Shown: positions 39,139-50,612, counted from the first letter of the stretch. The stretch is DNA of 64,000 nt from Burkholderiales bacterium (GCA_028379895.1 JAOEKQ010000002.1:125104-189103); one strand, 5' to 3'. Notes: generated by a model from the sequence alone, not told the origin. Made by a program: numbers and translations.

Positions 39139-39218
39139 GCCGATGATTAATTCAATTTTTAAAATACGTCTGACGCGCGTGATCGAAAAATGTTGATTGT
39201 TTTATTAGGATTTTGGAA

Positions 39219-40388
39219 ATGAGATCAATTGCGTCACTAATAGCCATTGGGTTTTTTGCATTTGCTTTTGTGTCTTTTGCAAAATATAGCGATGGGCTTG
39301 TTTTATTCCGAGGCTTTGGTTTTGAAGTTGAATTTTCTCTGACAATATTTGTTATTTTTCAGATAGCTTTCATTGTATTTTTATATATTGGTTTGAAGAT
39401 AGTATCTTTTGTATTGGGCAGCAAAAGAAGAGTATTGATCTATTTAAAGACTCGCCAGGAGAAAAAAGAAGTATTAAGGCTTAGAGTAGCTGTAAATAAA
39501 CTAGTCACGTTAGAAACCGCGTCCTTATACAAAGAAGCGAAAAAGAATATTCGGGAAAATGTTGAAGTCTCTAAGGAAATGCTCTTAGTAGCGGCTAGAG
39601 CTGCGCATGTTGAGAGACACTATTCTGATAGGGATACATATATTGCCCAACTTGAGTTAAACGACGGTGATGATATTTGGCTTGCTAAAGCATTGATGCT
39701 ACTTGATGAAGGTAGACACCATGACACTTTAGCTGTACTTCAAAAGATACAAAAAAGAAACGTAAGTTCTGTACGTGCTGAGCTCGAAGCCTTACGCCTT
39801 GGCCGGAATTGGAAGCAAGTTTTACTATTAATTAAAGATGTTAGGAAGCTTGATGCGATGAGCGCTGACGACTGCCATCACGTTGAACTCGATGCAATTT
39901 TAGGGCTATTGGCTGACAAAGATGTTTTGCTAACCGATGCTAAGAGACTTCTTAAAGAGGCCAGTAAACGAGTTCGTGGTGAGGCACGTTTCGTACTGGC
40001 GATGTCAAAAGCGTTCTTCTTGCGAGGAGAGACGGTATCTGCACAAGATATTGTCGAGGATTATTTGAATTCAAATTGGGATGATGCACTTGTAAAGCAG
40101 TACGTTCGGGTTTCAGACAGTCAAAATTTATCGGCTCTAGAAAAAATGGAGAGTTGGCTAGTCAAGCAGCCAAGGAACCCTAGGTTACTTATGGCGCTGG
40201 GCGTTATGTGTCGTGAGAGGGAGCTTTGGGGAAAATCTGAGAGTTATTTTCGTGCAAGTGATGCGCTGAACGCATCTGCTGAAGTAGCATATGAGCTATC
40301 AAAGCTATATAGCACGATGAGCCGATTAGAAGAATCTAAAGAGCAGTTGGAGTTATTTGCTGTTCGACAGGATGTGGATTTTCAGTAA
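39219..40388 (+). CDS. hemY: HemY-like TPR membrane protein
   Basis: Two TM helices, AARAAH, LE..E.WL...P....LL.ALG..C....LWGK; hemCDXY order. Confidence 0.78.
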   Translation: MRSIASLIAIGFFAFAFVSFAKYSDGLVLFRGFGFEVEFSLTIFVIFQIAFIVFLYIGLKIVSFVLGSKRRVLIYLKTRQEKKEVLRLRVAVNKLVTLETASLYKEAKKNIRENVEVSKEMLLVAARAAHVERHYSDRDTYIAQLELNDGDDIWLAKALMLLDEGRHHDTLAVLQKIQKRNVSSVRAELEALRLGRNWKQVLLLIKDVRKLDAMSADDCHHVELDAILGLLADKDVLLTDAKRLLKEASKRVRGEARFVLAMSKAFFLRGETVSAQDIVEDYLNSNWDDALVKQYVRVSDSQNLSALEKMESWLVKQPRNPRLLMALGVMCRERELWGKSESYFRASDALNASAEVAYELSKLYSTMSRLEESKEQLELFAVRQDVDFQ

Positions 40389-40402
40389 TAAATGAGTGAT
40401 AT

Positions 40403-43183
40403 ATGAATAAGTATGTAAAGGCAACTGAGCTGTCTCGGAAAGAGCATGCCCTCCGAAAAGACGTCAGACTTCTTGGTGGAATTTTAGGTGACACAATTCG
40501 TGATCAAGAGGGACGGCATCTTTTTGACCTAGTGGAAAAAACTAGACGATTGTCTGTTTCGTTGCAAGGTAAGGGGACAGACACAGCAAAAAGAAAGCTA
40601 TTCGATAGGCTGAGATCGCTAGACAGTTATGAAACAAGTGTTGTAATTCGTTCTTATTGCTACTTCTCGCTTCTCGCTAATATTGCAGAGGATCAGCATC
40701 ACGTTCGGCGCCGTCGTGCTTACGAGGCGGCTCGTTCAGGACCGCAGGCTGGGTCATTGGATGCCGTAATGAATATGCCCGAAGTTCAAGCCATGACATC
40801 CAGGAATTTTGAGGAGTTTTTTTCTCAGAGTTTAATTGTGCCAGTTCTCACTGCGCATCCCACTGAGGTACAGCGTAAAAGTATCCTAGATCTTCAGAAT
40901 CAAATTGCGGACCTATTAAACAGACGAGATAGAGAGAACCTCACTCCTATCGAGCTCCAGCGTAATGAAGAGCTACTTCGAAGATCTATACTTACTTTGT
41001 GGCAAACACGTATATTGCGAGCGTTAAAACTAAGCGTACAAGATGAAATAGATAACGGTATTTCATTTTATGAATCTACTTTTTTAAATGAGCTGCCTCG
41101 GCTCTATGGTGATATTGAGGATCGTATTTATTCGGCCTCGCAACAAAGTAAATCTGCTACTGGTTTAGTAAGCTTTTTTAAGATGGGTAGCTGGATCGGT
41201 GGAGATCGAGACGGGAACCCTTTTGTTACAGATGAAGTGATGACTTACGCTGTAGAGAAGCAAAGTCAAACGTTATATCAGTTTTATCAAGACGAGCTGG
41301 GGGCTTTAGCCGGGGAGCTGTCCCAGTCGGATTGGCGTGTTCAAGTTACGGACGAATTGACAGCCCTAGCGGACCAGTCAGTAGATAGCTCAGACCACAG
41401 GAAAGATGAACATTATCGGCGTGCAATTATGGCAATTCGTACTCAATTGGCCAAGGCATTTGCTGATGAGCGGAGCTTACCTTTGTATGCGGCTCAAAAT
41501 CGTAAGGGTGGCTACATAAGTCCAACAGAGTTTTCGGCAGACCTTAAGATTATTAGCGATTCTCTGTATCAGAATAGAAGCGCATTAGTAGCAAGAGGTA
41601 GAATTCGCGCATTAATTCGAGCTGCTGATGTATTTGGGTTTCATATGGCCTCTCTGGATATGAGGCAACACTCAGGGGTACATGAGGGGGTAATTTCTGA
41701 CCTCTTCTCTCGAGGTATGAACAAGCAAGGTTATAAGGAACTGGGTGAGCAGCAGAAAAGAGATTGGTTGTTAAGCGAGTTGAGTGTTTCTAGACCTCTA
41801 AGGTCAACTTTCCTTGAATATGACGAGGTGACTCATAAAGAGCTCAAGATTCTAGACGCTGCTAATAAGCTACAGCGCGGTTACGGCGCAGCATCGATCG
41901 CAAATTATGTGATATCTCAAACTAACGATGTGAGTGATATTTTTGAAGTTGCGCTTCTACTAAAGGAGTCTGGCGGCTTAATTGCTGGGGAGAATCCAAC
42001 TTCATCGATGAACATTGTGCCGCTATTTGAAACAATTGCGGACCTAAGAAATTCCTCAGGAGTGATGCATGCTCTATTTTCTGATCCTTTTTATAGAAAA
42101 TTACTGAGCAATCGAGATGATGTTCAGGAAGTTATGCTTGGTTATTCTGACAGTAACAAGGACGGGGGCTTTTTAACAGCTAATTGGGAGATATACCAGG
42201 CAGAGAAGCAGCTTGTAAGAGTGTTTGAAAATCATGGTGTAAAACTCAGAATATTTCACGGCAGGGGCGGCACTGTGGGGCGTGGTGGCGGACCTAGTTA
42301 CGAGGCGATTCTTGCTCAGCCTGCGGGAAGTGTGGCGGGTAACATCAGAATTACCGAGCAGGGCGAAGTGATCGCGAGTAAATACTCTGATCCAGAAATT
42401 GGTCGTCGTAATCTAGAAACACTTGTCGCAGCGACACTGCAGGCGACGGTGGTATCAGAGGAATCCGATCATTCGGATTCGCTTTCTGAATATGAGCATA
42501 ATTTACGGGAAATGGCACAGGATAGTTTCGTTGCCTACCGTTCTCTAGTATTTGACGATCCTGGATTCGTAGAATTTTTTCGCCAAGCGACGCCTATTGC
42601 AGAAATCGCTGACCTTAATGTAGGGAGCCGGCCAGCATCTCGGAGTAAGTCTAACGGTATTGAAGACCTTAGGGCGATACCTTGGGTATTTTCGTGGTCT
42701 TTATCTAGAATTATGTTACCGGGTTGGTATGGTTTTGGTTCGGCGGTTGAGTCCTGGGTTAAAAGCCGCGGTGATCAATCAGTGCTGAAGTTGCAACATA
42801 TGTATAAAGATTGGGCTTTTTTTAATGTCATGCTCTCGAACATGGATATGGTTCTTGCGAAAAGTGATTTTGGTATTGCGCGTCGGTATGCTGAATTAGT
42901 TCAAGATGAAGCGTTAAGAAATCGTATATTTGCACAAATCGAGCAAGAGTGGGTGCTTTCGGTTAAATGGCTACTGAAGATCAGTGGTCAATCATGTCTG
43001 TTAGAGAGAAATCCTTCGCTTTCCAGAGCCTTACAAAGTCGATCACCTTATATCGATACACTCAATCATCTACAAATTGAGCTTATGCAGCGATATCGAA
43101 GCGGTAACCAAGATGAAAAGCTGAAGCGTTCAATACTCCAAACAATTAATGGTATTTCGGCGGGACTTAGAAATAGTGGCTAA
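40403..43183 (+). CDS. ppc: Phosphoenolpyruvate carboxylase
   Basis: VLTAHPTE, GGDRDGNP, VMLGYSDSNKDGG, FHGRGG.VGRGG, LRAIPW, GLRNSG. Confidence 0.97.
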   Translation: MNKYVKATELSRKEHALRKDVRLLGGILGDTIRDQEGRHLFDLVEKTRRLSVSLQGKGTDTAKRKLFDRLRSLDSYETSVVIRSYCYFSLLANIAEDQHHVRRRRAYEAARSGPQAGSLDAVMNMPEVQAMTSRNFEEFFSQSLIVPVLTAHPTEVQRKSILDLQNQIADLLNRRDRENLTPIELQRNEELLRRSILTLWQTRILRALKLSVQDEIDNGISFYESTFLNELPRLYGDIEDRIYSASQQSKSATGLVSFFKMGSWIGGDRDGNPFVTDEVMTYAVEKQSQTLYQFYQDELGALAGELSQSDWRVQVTDELTALADQSVDSSDHRKDEHYRRAIMAIRTQLAKAFADERSLPLYAAQNRKGGYISPTEFSADLKIISDSLYQNRSALVARGRIRALIRAADVFGFHMASLDMRQHSGVHEGVISDLFSRGMNKQGYKELGEQQKRDWLLSELSVSRPLRSTFLEYDEVTHKELKILDAANKLQRGYGAASIANYVISQTNDVSDIFEVALLLKESGGLIAGENPTSSMNIVPLFETIADLRNSSGVMHALFSDPFYRKLLSNRDDVQEVMLGYSDSNKDGGFLTANWEIYQAEKQLVRVFENHGVKLRIFHGRGGTVGRGGGPSYEAILAQPAGSVAGNIRITEQGEVIASKYSDPEIGRRNLETLVAATLQATVVSEESDHSDSLSEYEHNLREMAQDSFVAYRSLVFDDPGFVEFFRQATPIAEIADLNVGSRPASRSKSNGIEDLRAIPWVFSWSLSRIMLPGWYGFGSAVESWVKSRGDQSVLKLQHMYKDWAFFNVMLSNMDMVLAKSDFGIARRYAELVQDEALRNRIFAQIEQEWVLSVKWLLKISGQSCLLERNPSLSRALQSRSPYIDTLNHLQIELMQRYRSGNQDEKLKRSILQTINGISAGLRNSG

Positions 43184-43203
43184 CACGCGTAATAATTCGA
43201 AAG

Positions 43204-44229
43204 CTAGGTTTTTGGGTCAACAGAAGGTGTAAAAGCATCAGAGAAAAAAGCGTCCTCGGGCAGCTTGCAGCGCTCGGTAAAGTCCTTATGCGCCGCTTCT
43301 ACCATTGCTGGAACTCCACAAGAATACACTTCGTGGTGTGTCATGTCAGAGTGATCTTTCATGGCGGCGACATGAACAAGTCCAGTTCGGCCTTTCCATT
43401 CGTCATCTGGTTCTTGATCAGAAATGACCGGAATAAAACTGAAGTTGTCATGCTCCTCTTGCCATCGAGTCGCTAGCTCACTCATGTAAATATCCTTAGG
43501 CCTTCGCCCGCCCCAATACAGAATCATTTTTCTGTTAATGTTTTCTTCAAAAGTATATTCAATGATACTTTTGATCGGAGCAAAACCAGTACCGCTCGCG
43601 ACAAAAATTATCGGTTTTTCCGTATCTTCCCTGAGAAAGAAAGTGCCTAATGGGCCTTCGAATCTGAGAATATCTTTTTCTTTGAGTGTTTCAAAAACTT
43701 GTTTGGTAAACGTTCCATTTGCCATGCTCCTAACATGTAATTCGAGATATTCGTTCTCATGAGGGGGATTGCCCATCGAATAGCTTCGGCGCTTTCCTTC
43801 GCGGAGAAGTACGTCGATGTATTGCCCCGCAAAAAATTGAAATCGTTCGTTGGCAGGTAGTTTGAGCTTAAGTATTACAACGTCTTCCGTGACACGTTTT
43901 ATTTCTTGTACCCGGCTTGGTAATCGACGAACTTCGATATCTCCACTCGTTTCAATTTCTCTGGCCTCGATGGTTATATCGCTTTTCGGAATTGCTTGGC
44001 AGAACAAGGTAAGTCCATCGCGTTTTTCGAAATCTGCGAGTGCTGAATTTTGCGGATTGCCATGATCTACTGTTCCTGTAATAACTTTACCTTTACAGGC
44101 AGCACATGCACCATTACGACATCCGTACGGTAGGGTGTATCCTGAACGCATTGCTGCGGCTAGTATTGATTCGTTTTCTTCAACAGCAAATGAGTTGCCG
44201 CTTGGCTGCATTGTAACTATGTGCGTCAT
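43204..44229 (-). CDS. 2Fe-2S/FAD/NAD oxidoreductase (CDP-6-deoxy-delta-3,4-glucoseen reductase-like)
   Basis: GCRNGACAAC ferredoxin motif, RRSYS, GTGFAP, CG.P.MV. Confidence 0.88.
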   Translation of the reverse strand: MTHIVTMQPSGNSFAVEENESILAAAMRSGYTLPYGCRNGACAACKGKVITGTVDHGNPQNSALADFEKRDGLTLFCQAIPKSDITIEAREIETSGDIEVRRLPSRVQEIKRVTEDVVILKLKLPANERFQFFAGQYIDVLLREGKRRSYSMGNPPHENEYLELHVRSMANGTFTKQVFETLKEKDILRFEGPLGTFFLREDTEKPIIFVASGTGFAPIKSIIEYTFEENINRKMILYWGGRRPKDIYMSELATRWQEEHDNFSFIPVISDQEPDDEWKGRTGLVHVAAMKDHSDMTHHEVYSCGVPAMVEAAHKDFTERCKLPEDAFFSDAFTPSVDPKT

Positions 44230-44310
44230 TATGGTGATAACCTTAAACTGATTTTTTAAAAGTTCTTATTCCTATATGTTCTATTTGTCACAGATCTATA
44301 TTTTATATTC

Positions 44311-45195
44311 ATGCGAAAAATTCTGATCGTAGGTTACGGAGATATCGGAAAGCGATTTGCTGCGCGGTATGCTTCTCAATTTAGTTTTTCTGTTATTTGT
44401 CGAACTAAGATTGATGACTCTTCCCCCGGGATGCATTCTGTCAATTGGTTAAATTTAGATCTGGATGCACCTAACACGCTGCGAAGACTAGCTGGATTGT
44501 CGGACGATGTGATTTACCTCGCACCTCCGAATCCGAATGGACTATCCGACAAACGAGTTCGTAACTTTTTAAGATCTATTTCATCCGGCGATAGGATACC
44601 ACAGCGGATCCTATATATGAGTACGACTGGGGTTTACGGGGACTGTTCGGGAGATATTGTTCGTGAAGCTAGGGTAGTCAATCCGCAAACAGACCGAGCC
44701 ATCAGGCGGTTAGATGCAGAAACTCAAGTTCGAGATTGGTCCAAAAATATGGGATGTATGTCGGTGGTTCTTCGAGTGCCTGGGATCTATGCGTCTGACA
44801 GACTACCTTTAAAAAGGCTGCTCAACGGGTTGCCGGCGCTGACAGTCAGTGAGGATAGTTATTCAAACCATATTCATGCTGAAGATTTAGTGCGCATAAT
44901 TTTTTTTGCACTAATCCGCGGCAAGAATGGAAGGATATATAACTGTGCAGATGATTCGCGTATTAAAGTTGGTGAATATTTCGATTTGGTCGCGGACAGG
45001 TTTGGTTTGCCGCAGCCGCAGCGTGTTACACGATCTGAGGCTAAGCGAGTGCTGCCTGACATGTCGTGGTCGTTTTTAAGAGAGTCTCGCTTGATCTCAA
45101 ACGATCGAATGAAGAGTGAGCTCGGAGTGCGTTTAGCATATCCGACGGTTAATGACGGCGTGCCCCACAACACCCGATTACTTAATCCCAACTGA
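44311..45195 (+). CDS. Atypical SDR / NAD-dependent epimerase family protein
   Basis: IVGYGDIG, STTGVYGD, LRVPGIY, NHIHAEDL. Confidence 0.85.
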   Translation: MRKILIVGYGDIGKRFAARYASQFSFSVICRTKIDDSSPGMHSVNWLNLDLDAPNTLRRLAGLSDDVIYLAPPNPNGLSDKRVRNFLRSISSGDRIPQRILYMSTTGVYGDCSGDIVREARVVNPQTDRAIRRLDAETQVRDWSKNMGCMSVVLRVPGIYASDRLPLKRLLNGLPALTVSEDSYSNHIHAEDLVRIIFFALIRGKNGRIYNCADDSRIKVGEYFDLVADRFGLPQPQRVTRSEAKRVLPDMSWSFLRESRLISNDRMKSELGVRLAYPTVNDGVPHNTRLLNPN

Positions 45196-45272
45196 TGCCT
45201 TGCAAAATTATGGATACTTTCATTTTCGCTGTTTGTTTAAAGCCGTGCTGAGGGATTTATGTGAATACCATT

Positions 45273-45713
45273 ATGAAAAGATTTTTAATGATATTGATGC
45301 TTTGTTGGGCCGCTCAAGCCGCGGCCGACAAGCCTGATAATCTAAACAAAGGTAATTTTTACCGCCTGTCAGGAAATCTGATAAGCGAAAATAAGTTGGT
45401 GCTCACTTACTATATTAACGAATGCTGTTATATATATAAACGTAGCTTAACCTTCGAATTGCTGGAGCCGCAAGCGGTCATCTCTGGCGTAGCTTTTCCG
45501 AGCGCTCTTAAGCATAAGGACGAATTTTTTGGCGAAGTAGAAGTCTACCGTGGTCAAGTAAACTTAGTTTTGGATTTGGACTTGAGTCAGGGAGAGCAAC
45601 AACTTAATTCTTTAAGCCTTAAAGCTGTCCACCAGGGTTGCTCTGATGAGGGTATATGTTTTTTGCCTGAGGAAAATACATTAAATTTTAGTTTCTTCCC
45701 AGGTTTAAATTAA
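45273..45713 (+). CDS. Stand-alone secreted DsbD N-terminal (alpha) domain protein
   Basis: Signal peptide, YIYK, HKDEFFGEVEVYR, QGCSDEGICFLP. The ORF stops before any TM or thioredoxin domain. Confidence 0.75.
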   Translation: MKRFLMILMLCWAAQAAADKPDNLNKGNFYRLSGNLISENKLVLTYYINECCYIYKRSLTFELLEPQAVISGVAFPSALKHKDEFFGEVEVYRGQVNLVLDLDLSQGEQQLNSLSLKAVHQGCSDEGICFLPEENTLNFSFFPGLN

Positions 45714-45737
45714 CTGCCGTTTTTATAGATTGGTTAT

Positions 45738-46250
45738 ATGTTGCGAAATTGTATATTAGTTTTAGTGATGTTAGCGTCTGTAGTGGGCGGTATCCTTATC
45801 GGAAATATCGAGCCCGAGATTGATGAAGCAGGATTTAAAAATGCACAATCTGCTCAATTCAAGGATCTTTCAGGTAATTGGCGGAAATTATCAGATTGGG
45901 ATGGGGCTTATCGAATTGTGAATTTCTGGGCGACCTGGTGCCCACCTTGTCTAGAAGAAATCCCCCTTTTTATTAGCCTTCACGAAGAGTTTAGCGATAT
46001 CAATATGACTTTTATCGGAATCGCCGTTGACGATATTACTCGCGTTCGTGATTTTGTCATGACAAACAAGGTCAATTATCCAATATTGATTGGTTCTGGT
46101 GACGCCCTTCGCATTTCTGAAATTTTAGGAAACCAAAGGTCAGGACTGCCATTTACGGTGTTTTTGTCGCCAACAGGGGATTTGATCGACACTCACTCAG
46201 GGGTCGTTCCTGCCTCGAAAATCCGTGATTTTGCTTCTAAAATACGATAA
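45738..46250 (+). CDS. TlpA family thiol:disulfide reductase
   Basis: N-terminal anchor, VNFWATWCPPC, GLPFT. Confidence 0.9.
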   Translation: MLRNCILVLVMLASVVGGILIGNIEPEIDEAGFKNAQSAQFKDLSGNWRKLSDWDGAYRIVNFWATWCPPCLEEIPLFISLHEEFSDINMTFIGIAVDDITRVRDFVMTNKVNYPILIGSGDALRISEILGNQRSGLPFTVFLSPTGDLIDTHSGVVPASKIRDFASKIR

Positions 46251-46437
46251 ATAGCCATTTTTATCGGTTTTAATTAATATCTTTTTTGGCTTTAGGAAGT
46301 TAAACTAATCTTTCTGCATCTGTTTCGTCTGAGAATGATCACACGAGGCTTAAATTTACGATAAATGTGTGTATAATCCGCGATTATGTCGTTATCTCCC
46401 ATTAAATAATATACTTAATTGACCAATAGGTCCTTCT

Positions 46438-46911
46438 ATGCCAAATGATCTGAAAGTGCTTGATCTTTGTGATGTTGTATTACTCAACGGACCAAACCTA
46501 AACCTCTTGGGGACGCGAGAGCCAGACCTTTATGGAACTGACACGCTCCATGCGATAGAAACTAAGATGATGGCAAAGGCAAAAAAAGTTGAACTGAAAT
46601 TAGAGTGTCGGCAAACAAATTTCGAGGGCGAGTTGGTTACCCTGATTCAGCAGATAAGATCCTCCGGCGCAAAATTCTTAATTATTAACGCTGCCGCTTA
46701 CACGCATACAAGTATTGCAATTCGCGACGCTATCTCAGCGGTTGATGTGCCTTTTATCGAAGTCCATTTATCAAACATTTATAACCGTGAGCAGTTTCGA
46801 CATCACTCCTATCTTAGCGAGAGGGCTGAAGCTGTGATTTGCGGATTCGGTGCTATGGGTTACGACGTTGCGCTTGACTATGTAATTGGAAAATTGAAGG
46901 GAAGTCTGTGA
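46438..46911 (+). CDS. aroQ: Type II 3-dehydroquinate dehydratase
   Basis: [28 protein letters not shown]...RE.FRHHS. Confidence 0.96.
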   Translation: MPNDLKVLDLCDVVLLNGPNLNLLGTREPDLYGTDTLHAIETKMMAKAKKVELKLECRQTNFEGELVTLIQQIRSSGAKFLIINAAAYTHTSIAIRDAISAVDVPFIEVHLSNIYNREQFRHHSYLSERAEAVICGFGAMGYDVALDYVIGKLKGSL

Positions 46912-47369
46912 TGGATTTGCGAAAACTAAAAAAATTAATCGATCTTGTTAAGGAGTCCGGAATTGAGGAGCTCGAAATCACTGAAGGTGAAGAAAAGGTC
47001 AGAATAAACAGTGGTAATAAAGCCGTTATCACATCGGTCGTTTCTCCTACTACTCAGCCCATCCAATTGGATATGCCGCGTCAGGCCGAGGCACCCGTGG
47101 TTTCTGCGGATGATCAGCCAATTCCGGTTGACGATGGATTTATTATGAAATCTCCTATGGTGGGCACTTTCTATCGAGCGTCTAACCCTGAGTCTGCGGC
47201 ATTCGTAGAGTTGGGGCAAACAGTCGCCGAGGGCGAAACGGTGTGCATTATTGAAGCAATGAAGTTACTTAACGAGATCGAGGCTGAAAAGTCAGGGGTT
47301 ATTAAAAAAATACTTGTAGAGAACGGCCAGCCAGTAGAATTTGGCCAACCTCTTTTTGTCATTGTTTAA
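46911..47369 (+). CDS. accB: Biotin carboxyl carrier protein
   Basis: [22 protein letters not shown]. Confidence 0.97.
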   Translation: MDLRKLKKLIDLVKESGIEELEITEGEEKVRINSGNKAVITSVVSPTTQPIQLDMPRQAEAPVVSADDQPIPVDDGFIMKSPMVGTFYRASNPESAAFVELGQTVAEGETVCIIEAMKLLNEIEAEKSGVIKKILVENGQPVEFGQPLFVIV

Positions 47370-47441
47370 TTCCTAACTGCTTGGGATTAAAAACCGACTT
47401 CATGCGCGTGAGAATTCCTATTAAGGGGTGTATAGAAACTT

Positions 47442-48785
47442 ATGTTTGAAAAGATTTTAATTGCGAACCGAGGTGAAATAGCACTGAGAATTCAGCGAGC
47501 ATGCAGGGAGATGGGGATAAAAACCGTAGCGGTCCACTCCGACGCGGACGCGGAAGCTAAGTATGTGCGTCTTGCAGATGAGTCTGTTTGTATAGGGCCA
47601 GCCTCCAGCACAGACTCTTACCTCAACGTGCCTGCAATCATTAGTGCGGCTGAAGTTACTGATGCGCAAGCGATTCATCCGGGATATGGTTTTCTCTCAG
47701 AAAATGCTGATTTTGCTGAGCGAGTGGAGCAAAGTGGATTTGTTTTTATCGGACCTAAACCGGAGACTATCCGGTTGATGGGAGATAAAGTCAGCGCAAA
47801 AATCACAATGATTAAGACCGGTATCCCCGTTGTTCCTGGCAGCGAGGGCGCACTTCCAAACGATCCCAAAGAAGTTATTGGAATTGCTAGAGACATTGGT
47901 TATCCCGTAATTATTAAAGCCTCTGGAGGAGGGGGGGGACGAGGTATGAGAGTTGTTCATACTGAAGCCGCACTGGTTAATGCTGTCAACATGACCAAGC
48001 AAGAGGCTCAAGTCGCATTTGGGAACCCTACGGTTTATATGGAGAAATTCCTTGAATATCCAAGGCACATCGAGGTTCAAGTTTTAGCAGATCAGCATAA
48101 GCATGCTGTGTATCTAGGTGACCGAGATTGTTCTTTGCAACGACGCCATCAAAAAGTGATTGAGGAGGCGCCCGCGCCGCATATTCGGCCTAGAGAGCGC
48201 GCAAAAATTGGTGAGAAATGCGCCGAAGCTTGTAGAAAAATTGGATACCGAGGCGCCGGTACATTCGAATTTTTATACGAAAACGGGAAATTCTATTTCA
48301 TTGAAATGAATACACGTGTCCAAGTTGAGCACCCAGTTACTGAGATGATCACGGGTATTGATATTGTAAAAACTCAGATTACAGTCGCATTCGGGGACAA
48401 GTTACCATTTAGGCAAAAAGACATACAATTTAATGGGCACGCGGTGGAATGCAGAATAAATGCAGAGCACCCGTACAAATTTACTCCATCACCCGGGAGA
48501 ATTAATACTTTACATATACCTGGCGGCCCTGGGATTCGAGTAGATTCACACGCATATCAGAATTATTTTGTCCCGCCATACTACGATTCGTTAATTGGTA
48601 AATTGATTGCCCATGGAGATACCCGGTCGCAAGCACTGTCAAGACTCAGGGTGGCGCTGTCCGAAATGGTTATTGAGGGAATTGAGACAAATATTCCTTT
48701 GCATCGAGAGTTAGTTACTGACGCTAAGTTTGTTGAAGGCGGCGTCAATATTCACTACCTCGAGAAGAAACTGGCGAATACGTAG
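47442..48785 (+). CDS. accC: Biotin carboxylase
   Basis: [35 protein letters not shown]. Confidence 0.97.
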   Translation: MFEKILIANRGEIALRIQRACREMGIKTVAVHSDADAEAKYVRLADESVCIGPASSTDSYLNVPAIISAAEVTDAQAIHPGYGFLSENADFAERVEQSGFVFIGPKPETIRLMGDKVSAKITMIKTGIPVVPGSEGALPNDPKEVIGIARDIGYPVIIKASGGGGGRGMRVVHTEAALVNAVNMTKQEAQVAFGNPTVYMEKFLEYPRHIEVQVLADQHKHAVYLGDRDCSLQRRHQKVIEEAPAPHIRPRERAKIGEKCAEACRKIGYRGAGTFEFLYENGKFYFIEMNTRVQVEHPVTEMITGIDIVKTQITVAFGDKLPFRQKDIQFNGHAVECRINAEHPYKFTPSPGRINTLHIPGGPGIRVDSHAYQNYFVPPYYDSLIGKLIAHGDTRSQALSRLRVALSEMVIEGIETNIPLHRELVTDAKFVEGGVNIHYLEKKLANT

Positions 48786-48820
48786 GTTGCTAATTTTATC
48801 CGAATTATCGAGTTTTCATC

Positions 48821-49717
48821 ATGGCTTGGCTGTCCCTAGAATTTAGCGTTCCAGGAGCGGACGTAGATGTCTTAAGTGACGCATTATTTTTTGTTGGCGC
48901 CTTATCAGTAGATGTAACAGATGCCGACGAGGGGTCTCACAAGGAAAGAGCGATCTATCTTGAGCCGGGGGAAGATGTTTTTTTATCCTGGGGCCATAAC
49001 ATGGTTGTTGGGCTCTTTGATGGTCACATGCACGCTGGTCAGATTTTCTCTGATTTGGTGAGTGCGGTTTATCCTCTAAAGTTACCAGATCCTGTAGAGA
49101 ATTTTGTTGATGATCAAGATTGGGTACGTTTGACTCAACAACAATTTGAACCGATACAAATAACAAAGCGCCTACAAATATCTCCGAGTTGGTCGGCAGT
49201 TAAAGAGACAACAGAAATAGATATAATCCTTGATCCCGGCCTTGCTTTTGGTACGGGGAGTCATCCGACTACCCAGCTATGTTTGCAATGGTTGGAACGT
49301 CATTTAGTTCCTGATCAATCAATCATAGACTATGGATGTGGATCCGGAATCTTAGCTATTGCCGCAAAGAAGTTTGGAGCCGGTAATGTGGTGGCAATCG
49401 ATATCGATGAAGATGCGCTGCAATCGACGCGTTACAACTCTAATAAAAATATGGTGGCGTTAGAGGTGATCTCCGCGATAGACAATGTTAATTTAAATGC
49501 TGATATCGTTGTGGCAAATATTTTGCCATCTCCGCTGACTGTCTTGGCGCCATTACTGAGCCAGCTGGTTAAACCAGACGGGCAGATCGTTTTGTCAGGT
49601 ATTTTAGTGAGTCAGGGACAAAGTCTGATGGACCTTTACGGACAATGGTTTGAAATGAGCACATTTAAAGTTATGGATGAATGGATTTGTTTGCAAGGCA
49701 GCAAACACAGTTCTTAA
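48821..49717 (+). CDS. prmA: Ribosomal protein L11 methyltransferase
   Basis: LDPGLAFGTGSHPTT, DYGCGSGIL. Confidence 0.95.
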   Translation: MAWLSLEFSVPGADVDVLSDALFFVGALSVDVTDADEGSHKERAIYLEPGEDVFLSWGHNMVVGLFDGHMHAGQIFSDLVSAVYPLKLPDPVENFVDDQDWVRLTQQQFEPIQITKRLQISPSWSAVKETTEIDIILDPGLAFGTGSHPTTQLCLQWLERHLVPDQSIIDYGCGSGILAIAAKKFGAGNVVAIDIDEDALQSTRYNSNKNMVALEVISAIDNVNLNADIVVANILPSPLTVLAPLLSQLVKPDGQIVLSGILVSQGQSLMDLYGQWFEMSTFKVMDEWICLQGSKHSS

Positions 49718-49721
49718 CGAT

Positions 49722-50558
49722 ATGGAATTATTTATTGTGTGTCCTCGATGTGAGCAGTCGTTTGAATCGACTTCAACACAAATGGTTCAATGTGCAGGTC
49801 GCGTTGAGTGTCCCTCTTGTAACCATATGTTTGACGGATATGCTCATTATCGTTTTGATGTTTTGGGTGCAGACCAATCGATAAATCAAGATATTTCAAA
49901 AGATGAAAAACAACCCTCCGAGCAAATGGAACGTTCAAAAACTTTTGGCACTTACAACACAAACCACTCAGCTGTGGCCCGAAGCCCGTTAACGCAGGTT
50001 GGTTCCGAAAAAATTATTCGAGAAACGAATGATGCAAATTTATACGAGGCTGTTTTCGCCCCCTTGCCTAAAACAAAGTCCATCTGGAGATATATAAATA
50101 TCGTTTTATGCGTGATATTTGTTGCAATGATTATCACGAGCTTTAACAAACAAATTTTAGCTGGGATCCCTAAAAGTACGGATTGGATGCATCAAGTATG
50201 CGGGAGAATTGACTGTGAGATCAAAAGTAAACGGCGTATTAATGATCTCAGATTGGTCGGGGCCGATTTAGTGATGAGGTCCGATGTAGGAGACGGTACA
50301 TACCAGTTTCGCGCCACCATTCAAAATGTCGGCATTGAGCAACTCGAACTTCCAGCGATCGAATTAAAGTTAACCGATACTCAGGGGCGGATTATCACGA
50401 GCCGAGTTATTTACCCAATGGATTATGTTGAGGGGCCTGCGCAATCGGAATTAGGGACTAAAATGGAGTACCAGCTAAACTTGTTAATTCGTGTTGAGGG
50501 GGCACCTCCGAGTGCGTTTGACAGTTATTTATTTTATCCGCCAGAAATTAAAGCGTAG
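49722..50558 (+). CDS. Zinc-ribbon (MJ0042-like) plus DUF3426 membrane protein
   Basis: CPRC...GRVECPSC, central TM helix, C...C, P.IELKLTD, LFYP end; typical neighbour of prmA. Confidence 0.82.
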   Translation: MELFIVCPRCEQSFESTSTQMVQCAGRVECPSCNHMFDGYAHYRFDVLGADQSINQDISKDEKQPSEQMERSKTFGTYNTNHSAVARSPLTQVGSEKIIRETNDANLYEAVFAPLPKTKSIWRYINIVLCVIFVAMIITSFNKQILAGIPKSTDWMHQVCGRIDCEIKSKRRINDLRLVGADLVMRSDVGDGTYQFRATIQNVGIEQLELPAIELKLTDTQGRIITSRVIYPMDYVEGPAQSELGTKMEYQLNLLIRVEGAPPSAFDSYLFYPPEIKA

Positions 50559-50612
50559 TAAGGAAGCGTTTTTATTACTTGCATTCATAAACCGACAGCT
50601 TTTGGAGTGGGA

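Noticed and set aside
43204-45195. Glucoseen-reductase-like and SDR genes as a second sugar locus
   Set aside because: This divergent pair is a common housekeeping arrangement in betaproteobacteria, and no sugar-pathway partners are adjacent.
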